From Klebsormidium nitens (lineage: Eukaryota > Plantae > Klebsormidiophyceae), in the NCBI GenBank assembly GCA_000708835.1, contig DF237296.1, forward strand, positions 25,778 through 89,777: a stretch of DNA of 64,000 nucleotides, written 5' to 3'. Each line of letters begins with the position of its first letter. The stretch's first letter is position 1. Made by a program: the position numbers and the translations under genes. Below the pieces are notes generated by a model. That model worked only from the letters and a program-made list of their open reading frames with translations, did no database searches and was not told the origin of the DNA. Positions 38,848-51,572 of this stretch are shown piece after piece.

Positions 38848-41800
38848 ATGGCTGGCAAGCGCTCGCTTCCGCTTTCTTTAGCGGCTCTCTTTACTCTGAC
38901 CGTAGCTTGGTCAGCATGGAGGGGGTTGACAGACTTAAACAGTCGCCCAGAAGGTTGCACGATGACGTACATGTACCCAAACTACGTCCCGATCAACATG
39001 ACGTCAGGCAACATGCTCGAGCCAGGGGTCGCAAGCAAGGGGAAGTACGGGCTGTTCCTGTATGCGGAGGTAGGCATTCATTTTCTCGGTTTGGTCCCTT
39101 GGAAAACTTCCAGAGTGTGCGACTCAGTTCGGACGTCACGTTTGAGTTGTCCCAACATGAGGGGGTAAGGTGTCAAAAACCAGGCCGTTTGCAGTCAGGT
39201 CTGTTTTAACGAAGAGTTGACTCGTGCAATTGCGTTCATGAGCCCCTGTGTCCGCCGCAAGCAGGACAGAAGCTGTTGCGAAAATAGTCTTTCCACACCA
39301 CAGTTCACCACCTCTACGTGCTTCAAACTTGATTGTCACATTCTTGAGATGATGTGCGGTCTTCATCAACCTTCAAGTGCCGGATGGGAGGCTGGAACAA
39401 AACGAAGGACGAAGATATACACTACCGACGTCCTATCAAGTTTGAATTTTAATGCCGCCCTGCAGGGTTGGAGAAATGTCGATTTTCGGGAAAGTCTCAG
39501 GCGCCTGTCCGGGGTACCTGTTCTGTTTATCCCTGGCAACGCCGGCAGCTACAAACAGGTAACAGCCTTTCTGACGCCTTTTCTGCCCTTCTTCTTGTTC
39601 AACAGTGACGAATTCTGTCTCCTGTCGTAAGTGGAGTCCTTCTTGATCTTTCTGCGCAACTTCGGATTTGGACGATGTTGATCTGATTGTGATTCTTGTC
39701 CTATCTTCCAAAGAAAGGCGATCCCCGCGCTTTGCTTCTGGTCAGTAGCACGCTCTGGCGGCAGATTACGCTCCATGAGGGCCGATTTCGAGTTGTCAAG
39801 TCAGCGCCGTTCGATAGGGTTTGGTTGTCGCAGCTCTCTGTCGAAACCCTTCTGTAAGAGTTGTGAAGCCAGAAACAGAGGGAACGCTGTTGCTGGCGAA
39901 GATTCTCACGACATGATAGGACACGTGGCTAGATTTGGTTTCAGAGTCATTTGATTGCATGGCAACGTGTCGTACTGACGATGAAGGACACGAAGCTTGT
40001 GCGCAGTCGATCGAAATGCTGGAAGCTTCGCCCACGCTTATCTGGAAGATCCCGAGTTGGGATTTAGAAGCAATTGTTGACACAGTTTAGCCACGTGTCG
40101 TATCATGTCAGCAACACCGGTCCCATTGATCCAGGCTTCACAACTCGGACAGAACTCTGTAACAGAGGTTTTTTAACCAAAGTCATGTCAACGGCGCTGA
40201 AAGGCAGTTGAAACCTGTCCTGAAGGACCAGTACCGCAATCTGCATCCGGAACGGGCTACCGACGGGAAGCAAAGCGCGTGAAAAGTAACCGTTATAGAT
40301 ATGCCTGGCTTTGAAACCTGTTCCATCTCGGTTCGGATCATCTGAGACGGGATCTGTCATTCAGGTGTTCCATCGGCGACTATGGAAGCAGAGCCAAGTC
40401 CGTGTAAGACTGTTGGAATTTCGGATGCCGCCCTTATTTGAGCAATTGCAAGCACTTCCAGAACCAGATCCTTGTTGACGTCACTGAGGAAGTGACGCAG
40501 GTCAACTGACTGCTGACGTGTCTCCCGTCTTCCAGGTCCGCTCGATGGCCTCCGAGTCCACCCGCCAGTTCGAGAGCGGCTTCACACCGGCAGCCGCGCC
40601 TGTTCCCACCACTATTCCCCGGGCCATGCTCGAGGGCGCCCACAAGTGCTCGAAGGAAAGGTGTCAATACGCCAGCCGCCTCGACTGGTTCGCGGTGGAC
40701 TTTCTCGAGGAGTATTCCGCTCTCGACAGCCGGATCTTGCAAGACCAGACGGAGTTTGTCGTGAAGGCGATCGAGAAGGTAAGGGGACTAAGTTTGTGGC
40801 ACTCTTTCAAGCAGCGCAGTCCCATCTGCCTTCTAGGCAAAGTCTTGGTCTCGATAGATGCGGGACGAAATTGGGCAAGTGATTTGGATACATATTTTGA
40901 TGTGCCTGGCTGGGAGACGTAGAACAGCGATAGGGGAACAGGAACCAGAGCCAATAGCGGATTTGGACGATTCAGAAGCATGCGCATGCTGTAGATCCTC
41001 ATTGAGTATCCAACTCTTGCCTACGAACTGGATTGTTATGGTGGATAGCTGAGTCAGGAGACAGGATGTCAATCCTGCCGCTCCGTTAAACGGCTCGTTC
41101 TGACAAGCTAGCGGCGCCGTAACGGCGCATAAGTCGAGGGAAACGATGCACCCGCAGACTCTCACAATCGCCAGTTCCTTCAACCACCTATTTTGGACGT
41201 TAAGTCTAGAGAGTATTCTCAGGCCCATAAGCTGGTCTATTGTTCCCGACTTCATAACATTAGACGCTTCGATATTTGGGTTTGTCTTGCAGGGGGACCA
41301 CTTCCGGCGGATCGAGCAAGGGAAAACCGCTTGCAAAACCTTTCCAACGGATTCAACTAAGAAAGAAGAGTTTACAACGTGTTCCAATGGTGCCATTTTT
41401 GACATCTCCATTTGGACAGCGGATCTGCACCAGTTATAAACGCGATGCTGAAATGAGTTACTAAAGCTTCTTGTGAAATTCTAATTGCAGATTCTGGATC
41501 TGTACAAGCAAGCGGCCCGGTTCCGGCGGATCAAACGAGGGCGGAAGCGCACGCGCCAACTTCCTACAAACGTCATCTTGTTTGGGCACTCGATGGGAGG
41601 CGTGGCTGCGAGGGCCGCTCTGTTCCACCCCGCGTTTCGGGAGGGGAGCGTCAAAACCATCGTTACGGTCGCGACGCCGCACAGGTAACGCTTTGCGTTT
41701 TGGCAGAGGCTTTGAACCATGGTTTGTTCTTTCGTCGAACCTTTCCGATCAATATTTTTGTCGAAGACTGATCTACATGATTGTTCTGGCGTGGCCTTGC

Positions 41801-44800
41801 TCTTGAGAGGCGCTCAGCGAAAGAGTCGGTTGTCGGCTTCCGCGCACGGAAGGTCTTGCGTTGACCTTTAGAAGGCTCGTCTGCTGCCCTGAACACACTA
41901 GAATTGCTTCAATTGTTCCGTGGTCTAAAAAGATACTGCTGGTGAGTCGGTAACTTCAGTCATTCCGAGCGGTTGTACACCTGGGCATACTTGATACGCA
42001 AAAATGAAAGGGTTGTGACACGACCCGTCCTTTAAGCCAAGAAAGTTGCACAAGAAAGTTTGCAGCTTTGGTCCGGTCTTTACGTCTCTTTGAGCGCTCA
42101 GTACCACTTTCAACTCGATTTCCGTGACCCTTTCTTGCAGGTCTCCCCCAGTTCCCCTGCAATTGAGCGGCTCCCTTTTCTACTCCAACTTCAACCGTAA
42201 ATGGCGCCAAGGCTTCGCCGATACCGGGCCCCTGCGTGACGTCATCGTCGTTTCCATCAGCGGGGGGTCCCGCGACACCCAGGTCCGGACCCCCCTGATG
42301 CGGCTAGACGGGATCGTACCCCCCCGGAACGGCTTCAGCGTCAGTGCCTCGGCGGTTCCGGACGTGTGGTTGGAGACAGACCACCAGGTCATCGTATGGT
42401 GCAACCAGCTCGTTGTCAAGGTCAGTCAACTTTTACCCTGTTTGTTTCGTGCTGTTCATTTTTGTTCCTCCTGTTGTGGCTGAAGACAAGAGTCCTTCTC
42501 TCTCCGCGATTAATTCTGCTGTTTTGCTTCCCTGTTTTACATGTTCCTGGGTTGACGAGTGCAATGCACAAAGGTGTGTGTAGCAGCGGTTGTTGAGGTA
42601 GAACTTGCTTCAGTTGTTTCGGAAGTTTCACTCTCTCTACAAATTGAAGGCCAGTAACCTGATCAACGAACACACCATGCGGTTCCTTGGACACAACATA
42701 CACTGTCCTCTCTTTCCTGCGTCATTAGTGCCTTACTCAAGCATCTTCTCGGTACCGCTTTCTGTGTCGGCAGACGTTTTTTCTTGGCGACCCTGCGATG
42801 CATCAAATCCTGCTGAAGTCGGTGTTCTTACTCTTGCAGCTGTCCAAGGCTCTGCTCCTTCTATCCGATCCCGCCACCCGCCAACCCCACGACTCCCGAG
42901 TCGTCCGCCGGGAGATCCTGGCCGCTAATCTAAGGAGCGCCCTCCCGGAGGCGCTCGGATGGCTGCCACGTGGCAGCTGGACGGGCGATTTAGACTCGGA
43001 AGATCTGGCGGAAATCCAGTCGCTTCTGCCACCGGGAAAAGGTCTTCAAAAAGCTGGAGAAGGTGTAAATGATGGACAAGGAGACGCGACGACCAAAGAG
43101 GCATCGGACGGTGCAGAAGGGTTCGAACCGGAGCTTGAAAGAGAGGTTACAAGTGAAGAGTCGTCAAAAAGCGGTATTGCTTCGGGGCCGGGGTATCGTT
43201 CGCTTCCAGAAAAGGAGCCGACGTCACAAACGTTGCGGGCTAAAGCCGACGGAAGAGACTCTGAACGAGAAACGAGTCGGGAGGAAACTGTGAGCGCAAA
43301 GAGGGCGGAAAGAGGGCGGAACGACCAGAAAGCAGAAAGAAAACGGACTGACGAGGCGGATAGCGAACGGACACACGCGAAACGGTACGGAAGAGCCTGT
43401 CCCAGCGCGTCAGAGCTCGACGGAACAGCAGAAAGGGAGGTTGTGAGTGGCTCTTTTTTGGCGCTGGAGAACGCGGACGCGAGGCAACGGTGGTTTGACG
43501 TGAGAGCCGGACGACAGGGTTTGACAAAACCTCCGGTTCTGGTGACGTCACGGGGTTTTGTGGTCCTTTTCAATTTGGAACCGTGCACCGAGGTTCGAAT
43601 GTGGATGGTTCGAGGAAGCACGTCAGCGGAGCCAGTTAGCCGCAAGGAGGGAAACAGTTCCGGGCGGACGGAACCGGAACAGCAAGCGGCAGACGCGGAA
43701 CGAGAAGAGGCGAAACAACAAGGGCGGGGCAAGGGATTGGATTCCAAAGGGGCGGGAGTGGAACGGCCGAGTGCTGAATCGGAGCAGCGAGGGGCGGAAC
43801 AACGAGGGGCGGAACCGGAACGGCGAGGGCCGGAAGCAGATCGGCGGAATGCTGCCGAGGGGGTGACGTCCATACCGGGTGCTGCGAAAAGATCGAACGA
43901 GAGTCTGGAGGAAGAGCGGGCCTCTGGCGTGGACGGAACGGAACGGGTGCGGAACGAGGCCTTGGACCGAGCGGAACAGAAGCGGAACGCGGGAAGAGCG
44001 GTCAGCGAGGTGACGCTGCAAGCGGGGCGTCTTCCTGCAGGTGAGCAGACGCTTTCCCGAGGCTTCAATTCCAGTCATAGGCTTCTGCTTTTTCCGCTAT
44101 ACTTTGATTGCAAAAAAGAAAGTCAATCAAAATGGTGAGCAAAGCCTCGGAACTTGCGTTCAATTGCCGGCTTCAAATACGCGCTAAGTACCTTGAAATT
44201 TCAGTAAAAATGATCCACAAAAAAGAAGCAGGACATTCTGTTCCGCTTTGCTGAGAGGGTGTCTCACCCCGGTCTAGACGGTGCAGCGTCAACAAGCTGA
44301 GTCGCTATCCCCTCTATGCACAAAGGCCCCAAAGGAAAACAACGTACTTCGCTCCTCAACTAGAACGGGGCGGAGTTGTGCGTGATCATTTGAAACCGGA
44401 CGGTGCACGTTCCAGAGTACCGTCCAAATCGAACGTCCAAGTTGAACGTCAGAAAATTGACGTCGCCGTCGTTTTAAAGGTGACGCCCTGTAGAGTCCCG
44501 ACGCCCACTTTGAGCTTTCGGCAAATACCCTCTCGCTTTCCGTAGGTACGTACCTCCACTTCCAAGCGAACCGTTTCACCTGTTGTAAGAGTCAGACTGC
44601 CGCGTGAAAGTACTCGACCGAGTTTTGCCGTGTTTCGCAGGTAGCCTTCTGAGCCAATCGGGCAGCGACCGACCCACGTGGATCCTGAGACTGCTCCCCG
44701 AGGAACTTGCTGACGTGGACTGGGTCGTCATCGAAACGTCCCGGGCGGACGAGAGTCCGCCGGCCGCTGAACCCGTTCTGTTTGCCCAATTGATCCAGCC

Positions 44801-47205
44801 AGGGGAGGGGACCTTGCAACTAGGGTGGCGGGACCTGTTGGCGACCTCCATTTTCCCTCGGGTGTGTGGCTTTTCGCAAACCATTCTCTGGAGCGCAAAC
44901 CTATTGTCGGACAATATCGCACCGTGGGGCTCAGTAGAATTTCCGTGTTTGTTGAAGCAGACCTTCCGCGACTTGTGAGCACAGTGGATCAGCATCGCTT
45001 ATGGACGAGGTGTAGCAGACCCGGTCCTCTTATTTTGTGGCCTCTCGGAAAGCCCATAGCTGATGGCAAATCACGTGTTAGCGCGCCTGCTTGATCGCAT
45101 CTTCTCTTCCGCTGCTCAGGTTCTCACGCTCCCGGAGGGGCATAGCTTGTGGACTGAGGTCACGGCCCCGCTGCCCTTATCGCTTCTCCCGATGACGCTT
45201 CGGTTCACTCAGCGCGACTGCCCGGCGGTTCAGAAGGGGGACCCAAAATTGGATACAGGTGAGCTGATAGGGTGGTCACATCTGTTTTCCTTTCAAATCG
45301 GCACACCGGCCCTAAGGGTGCGCACCGACCCTAGAAACTCACTTTGGGCGCACTTCGCATTTGTGAGGTCACCCGGACAGACGGCTTGAACGCTCCGCTT
45401 TTCGCGGCCCAGAGTCTCGCTTGTATACTGCGCGCACCGACCCTAGAGACTTTTTCCGAGGTCCGAGTGCGGTCGCCCCCACCCTAGAAAGGTTGCGACT
45501 TTTAGCTTTGGGGTGGAGATCCCGCCCCGAGGGTTGGATATTCCGGCCTCAAGGGTCGGCGACACCTCAAATGTGACCATCCTATCAGCTGGGGATTCGA
45601 TGTTTGGTCGCAACTTTGCAAATAGGGAAGCGTGCTTCTCGGGTCAAGGGGCCTGCTGGTAACAGATCCGTACAACCCTCGATTGCATCGTTTGCAAGTC
45701 GGTGGCGGAGGGTGAGAAGTAATCTGACGTTCAGGTGAAAATCTCTGGAGCAACCGCGAGAGGAACGATATCGGGGCAAAAGCTGACTGAGAAAGCCGAT
45801 TTTGATCGAAGGTCCGCCTTTCAAACATTGACCGACTCTCCGCTTTTCTGCAGGGACGTGCTCGGCTCCATGCTCGCCGCCTCTAGTTCTCGCCTGGGAC
45901 CCGTCCATCGAACAGGAGCGCATTTGGACGGTCACAAACGCGACTACCCTCCAAACGGACGGCTCGCCCGGGGGGGGCGCGTCTAAAGGGGGAACGAACC
46001 CCCCCTCCGTGATCCTTTCCGATCCACGCTGCGGTTATCGCGTCTCGGTTACGATAGCGCCCCACCTGGCCTGCTTCCGTTTTCTGGCGACAAACGCGCC
46101 CCGGATCGTCAGCTTCGCGGTCGCCCTCGTCCTGTTCATTCTCGCAGTCCAGTCACACCCTCGGAAACCGGGGAAGCAGACACCGAACCCAGTAGCCGCT
46201 CTTTGCCAGCTGTTAACCCTCCAAACCACGCCGTTAACCCTCCGAAGTTTGCTGTTAGGCCTCCAAACCCCCCTCCGAACCCGTCTGCCCGTGTCGCTCG
46301 TAGTCGTAGCATTAGCTGCAGCCCTGATCCCCATCAGCCGCTCCCTAGAAGCTGCCCGGGCAATTCGAGTGACGTCAGCCGACGTCTACCTGCTGACGTC
46401 ATCCGCCTTGGCGATGACTTTTGCTGTCGGGTTAGTAGCGCTCCTCGCGGCAGCGCAGGCGACTTTGCTTCGCTTGGTTTTCTGGAGCTTGCAAAGGTTT
46501 CGTAGCACTCAGAAAACGTCGTGTACCGCGCCCGAGTGGAAACATGATTGGCGCCTGACGGGAACGACGCGCGTCTTCGTGGGCTGCTTTAGCGTCGCCG
46601 CTTGCCTGTTGATCCATCCGGCGATTGCTCTACTGGTAATTTTAGTCGTCCGCACGTTAGACACAGTAACGGAAAGCTGCCGGAGTCGAGATCACGACGA
46701 GCGTAGGACTCTCGTCAAAGAGCCCAGTGCCGACACTAGCACCGACGGTCGAAGCGTTGTAGCTAACGGGGAACAAACAGGAAAGGCGGGCGTGGCTACA
46801 GCAGTGCCACGTGGCAGCACGGGGTACGGACACGTGTCCACAAAGGACCAGTGCGGGGCGGCCTTGCAGCGGCAAAGCGGTTGCCTCCTGCTCGCCTTCC
46901 TGAACTTCGTAGTAACCGCCCCCTCCGGGTTTGCATCGTTGCCGTGCGTTTTACGACGCTGGCGAGCCCCCTCGGCATTAAACTCGTTGCTCGTGATTGC
47001 CCCCATTGTAGAAGCTCTGCTTTCACCACATGATCGCTTGCAAGGTGGACGGAATAGGATCGGCTGCTCAATCAACCAGACTGTCAGGTCGTGTTTGTAC
47101 GTGCTGTTGGGTGCTTATGCGTGCTATGAAGGGTTGGTCGAGAGTCCGCTAGGTGCCGCACCTGTGTTTACGTTTGCGGCACTTGTAGGGCTGTTTTTCT
47201 CCTAG
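38848..47205 (+). CDS. PGAP1: GPI inositol-deacylase (PGAP1/Bst1-like), 9 exons, ~1314 aa
   Basis: Exons 38848-39069, 39466-39558, 40536-40778, 41491-41684, 42141-42420, 42840-44040, 44641-44861, 45120-45258 and 45854-47205 are phase-consistent. Features: N-terminal TM plus CTMTYMYPNY, GVPVLFIPGNAGSYKQVRS, DWFAVDF.EE, catalytic GHSMGG, ATPH, SISGG.RD.QV, DHQVIVWCNQLV and a multi-TM C-terminus. Confidence 0.92.
45268..45584. mobile_element. hAT-type MITE (317 bp) at the start of PGAP1 intron 8
   Basis: TIRs TAGGGTGGTCACATCTG / CAAATGTGACCATCCTA match at 15/17. The 8-bp flanks tgagctga / tcagctgg match at 6/8, consistent with a decayed TSD. Internal subterminal repeats accg(a/g)cccta. An 8-bp TSD is characteristic of hAT elements. 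Confidence 0.65.
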
Positions 47206-48117
47206 AGGATGGAGTTCGTGGATCTGAGGTGACTTAGGCTTAGGAACAGTAAGGTTGAGGTCCAATCCCCATCATTGGAAAGCTTTTGATGCTTAGATCG
47301 GATTGCACGCTTCACAATCCGCGAAATCTAGAGCAACTCAACGAGAACATCTGAGAAATGCTTCGATCTAGTAGGCTAGTGCACCGAGATTAACAACATG
47401 AAATGATGACGGCTATCGTACCGTAGTACCACTGCCAATCCGCCGCACCGCCCGCAGTGGCACTTCCGTGAGTTTTGAAACGCATGAGGGGGCCGACTCG
47501 GCGACGGTTGCGGCCGCGGCGGCCCATGCGCTATAGGAGTGAGTCCGGCTGCCATCATCGCATAGCCCTTGACTCATATGTCGGACATGTCCGCCATGAG
47601 TCAACGAGCTGATTCAATGATTAATGTGTTGATCGAGTCCAAACTATCGTCATATGCATGACGGTATTAAGAATCAAAGCTAGGTAGTAACTTGCCAGAC
47701 GTATAGTAAAAGACGAGAAGTACTTATGTGATTTGACTATCATTCCAAGCTAGAAATCTCAAGCATCTGATGCCCTTCGAGGCCCTCGCAATGCGAAGTC
47801 ACGTGTCGGCCAGGTTTGTTTTCCACAAACAAGTACCCCCCCGGTGTCACTCGTTTGTGCATGATGGAAGTGCCATTAACATCTGCATAAAGCTTCAACG
47901 TTTGGCAAGCAATCATTTGATTAGTTTCCCAAGCATGAGTACTTTTTAAGTTTGCCATGAGTCCTGCTTGTACTCCTGGCTAGGAAAAGCTAGCTTCACG
48001 CTTTGTTACAGGTCATGTATAGTACACACCGTCCATTATCCAGTGAGAAGGTTTTTTCGCGGCCCTGCACTCAGGGCCTAGAGGCTTACACTGGTCGCTC
48101 CCTATAAAATTGAACCT

Positions 48118-50446
48118 TTAAACCTTGCTTGCAGTGCTCACGAAGTCCTCCATCGCTCGCAGAATCCCTGGGTACTGACATAGTTGAAACCGCAGCGCAA
48201 GAGTAACCCCCATTTTGCCTATTGCATATACCACTCTCTCCTTCGCATACGCATTCTCACCCCTCATCACGCCAACGAACCTAGACAGGCATCTTGGAGT
48301 TGCGAAGACCCGCCTCGCGTTTGCCGAGCAGATTGACAGGTTCTGCAGCGCCCTCGACGCAGCCATCTGAACCTCGGCGCTCTCCCTACCCAGCAGGCTG
48401 ACCACCTTGTCGGCGAACCCTGGGAAATCAGCGAGCGGTCCCCCATCTTCTTCGTTCGCCAGCAGATTGGCCAGCGTGGCTGTGGCCCCCTCCGCAATAC
48501 CCGCGCTCTCGTCATCCATGAGGCTAACCAGAGACTGCAATGACCCTGGCAAAGTTGCGATGTGCTTGGCAGCCCCCTCGTGCACCGACAGGTTCTGCAG
48601 CGCCTCCAAGGCTGCCTCCCTCGTCGATGCCTCCTCGCTCTTTAGAAAGTTCACTAGCCGCTCCGCAACGTTGGGTAATTCTACGACGCCAATGCGGGTA
48701 TCGTCTTCGTAAGCAAGGAGAGCCAACGCTCGCGCAGCGCACCCCTGCGCTTTGCAACTAGAGCCGGGCTGCAGCAGGGACGCGAGGCCTTGCAAGCAGA
48801 GGCGGTCGACGCCTAGGACTGTCCTGTGCTCGTCGTCCGCCACAAAGTACTCCATTATCTCGGCCCCAGCCTCTCGAACCTCCCCGTCCTCCGCGCTCAG
48901 AAGCCCGATCAACCGCCTGAGCGTCAACCGCACCTTCGCTACGCTCTTCCGCACGTCGTAGTCGGACATTACGGAGGTCAGCACCTTGGCGGCCCCGGCG
49001 TTGCCGCTTGCGTTCTCCAGGAGCTTCCGGTGACACCCTGCCGTGTGGAACATCGCTCTCCTCGTCCTGAGCTCCACCATGAGCAGATCCAGAAGGTTTC
49101 CCACTGAATCTTGCACCCTGGGATTTTTGCCACATAGCAGCTGCACTGATCGCTTGAGGAGACCAGAAACGGTATCCACTATAAGCACTCGTGTCTCGGA
49201 GCCTCCGAGACTGACCCTGAGCAGCGCCCTAGCCGCTCGCTCTTGGCAGGCGCTGTTTCTACTGTGCAAAAGGCCGCCCAACCCGCGCAGAAGCCCCCAC
49301 GTTTTAGCCATGGCTTGCTGATCCTCTTTGCTGTCCGCCAGCAGCCAGATGAGCTCCGCCGCCCTTTCCTGGACACCGCTGCATCCGGATTGCAAACAGG
49401 AAACCAACGTTCGCAAAGAACCCCTGGCAGCAAGCACACGCTTCTTGATTCCGCCGTCCCGGGCCAAGGAGACCAGGAGGTCTCCTGCCGCTTTCTTCAA
49501 CTTTCCCTCGCTAGTGCTGTCAAAGAGGAAGAACAGGCTTTCGATGCTCCCTGGGACTTGTGCTATTGCTGCTGCGCAACCAGCGTACCGCAGTTCTCCC
49601 AACAGGTCCACCGCTACGAGAGTGGCCGCAGGACTGCGGCTCATCAACAGAGCCACAAAGCTGTCAAGACTCCTTGGCACAGCCATCTTTGCTGGATCGC
49701 TCCTGTCAGCAACTCCTGATTTCCCCCCGCGGCCCCAGAGGAAGAGTTTGCCAGGCCACATTGCTCGACAGCTGTCATAGTCGCCCCCTAAGTGCTGGTG
49801 CATCTCTAAACTTTCGAGCGCCGGGAAAAGCTGCAGGAAGGCACCAAATTCTGGAGCCGGGATTACCAATCCCATACAGCGTCAAGGACTGCAGCCGGGG
49901 AAAGGGCTTTTGTAATTCATCTAAGTTCAGATCAACAGCGGGAATGTACCATGAACGCCCAAACCCCAGCTCCCAAAGAACGATGTCCAGGATGACCAAG
50001 TTCTGGCACCCCTGAAACAGTGAGAAGACACCACTCCAGTCCTCATAGCGCACTTTGACGCTGATGAACAGGTGGAACTCCTGTAGACTGTTCCGATATT
50101 GGACAGCTATCAGCTCAAGAATGCTGCTGAGGCTGTAGACGTTGCTAGGATCGCCAATCACTTCAAGCGCAACCTTTTTCAGCGGCCCCAAGCGATTGCT
50201 CTCTAGGTAGCGTCTGAGGACATCAGCATTCCCAGGGGCGACCAGATCCCATGCTAAGGAGTCCAGCAGTGGAACCAACTTTTGAAACCTCTTGCATGTG
50301 GCCTCCAAACTGACGCGATCTCGGGCTTTCCACTGGGTGAACCTTTCCGAGGGCCGCGCCCAGAGCGCTTTCTGGAACACGATTTCGAGCAGGTCATTGC
50401 TCAATCGCTCGAAGTGATTCTGGCCAGGGGCCATTCTGTACTCCAT
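48118..50446 (-). CDS. Intronless F-box-like/LRR + Armadillo-repeat protein, ~775 aa, with one +1 frameshift at 49871-49873 as assembled
   Basis: ORF 49775-50446 carries an F-box-like start (FERLSNDLLEIVF...LEATCKRFQKL) and LRR-like strands (LVILDI, FPRLQSLTL). ORF 48118-49875 carries a further LRR (FPALESLEM) followed by multiple ARM repeats (VQERAAELIWLLA, CQERAARALLRVS, TREAALEALQNLS, VQMAASRALQNLS). Removing one G from TATGGGATTG fuses the two ORFs in frame. Confidence 0.75.
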
Positions 50447-51572
50447 TTAGACGCCAGCACCCCAAAAATGCCTGTCTGACGCGTCTCCAGAACATGCGGT
50501 GTTGAAGTTGAAGCAACAAGTCTCCTCATGGGCTCAGGGCCCTGGAGGTTCAAGATTGAAGATTTTGATTTGAAAAGTTTCAAATTTGGAGGACATGGCG
50601 GGAAGCTTTGCTGTGCACTAGTGTGGCGGCACTTTCTTACAGCTTGCGGTAATAGAAAGAGTCGTCACGGTCTCAAACACCTCGTAACCATTATCACATT
50701 GCAGTCACTGCAGTTCCGATTCGCGTCGAAGACACTCATGTGCCATACAGCTCTGAGATATTTTCGACAAAGTCAAGCTGTGCGCGAGCATCTTTAGGGC
50801 GGAAGCCGTTGCAAGGGCTGGACCAGCTGTTGTGAGTCAGTGTTGAGCAGGCTGGGGCGTGCAATTGGATTTGAAGCCAAACCGGAAGAAAGCCACGCTT
50901 GTATGGTCCTTCTGGTGATCCTCTTTCAGTTCTATTATTCAGTTGGATGGTTTGACGTGGTTCTGTCTCCAGCTGCTGCCTCCTAATATTAGCTAGATGC
51001 TTGGAGAGGCTTGGTCCCAGCTTCTGGTGGTTACCGCCACGTTGCCGCCCTTGCGCTCGTCAAATCTGCATTTGGGCAAGCTCAGTTTGGTAGCTAGTCT
51101 TATATTTTTCTGAGCAACAAGGCATGCAACCGTTTATTCTACTTGTCATCGGATCCGACAGATTTTGATTGCTCTCTACTTGGTAGATTAGGTTATTGGC
51201 CTGATTGGCTTTTGGTTTTGCTGAGCATTTGGAGCGGCACTCACTTGCAACAACCGGAGGAAGCTCGGATAAACAGCTAGCAGTTCTTCCTCATTTCAGC
51301 GGCAGGTTACAGTTGCCTTCTTTCATAGCTGCTAACCTGGTTCCTGACACTGCACCCCGACATGATACTGCCGTCATGCTACCAGAACTTGAGCAGTTTC
51401 ATCACGTAGAAAGTTTGCAGCCAACCATTCGGAAGGGTGCTTTACAAGGCACAGCAGCGCGGAGACGCAATAAGCATGCTGCTTCGTAACGTCCCACCTC
51501 CTTTGCTACCAGGAGAACAGTTATACGAGCTCTAAGGTGCCAAATTGAGAAGGGACACAGTATCTGTATGAG

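Noticed and set aside
43046-44078. 340-aa and 151-aa minus-strand ORFs
   Set aside because: Antisense shadows of PGAP1 exon 6.
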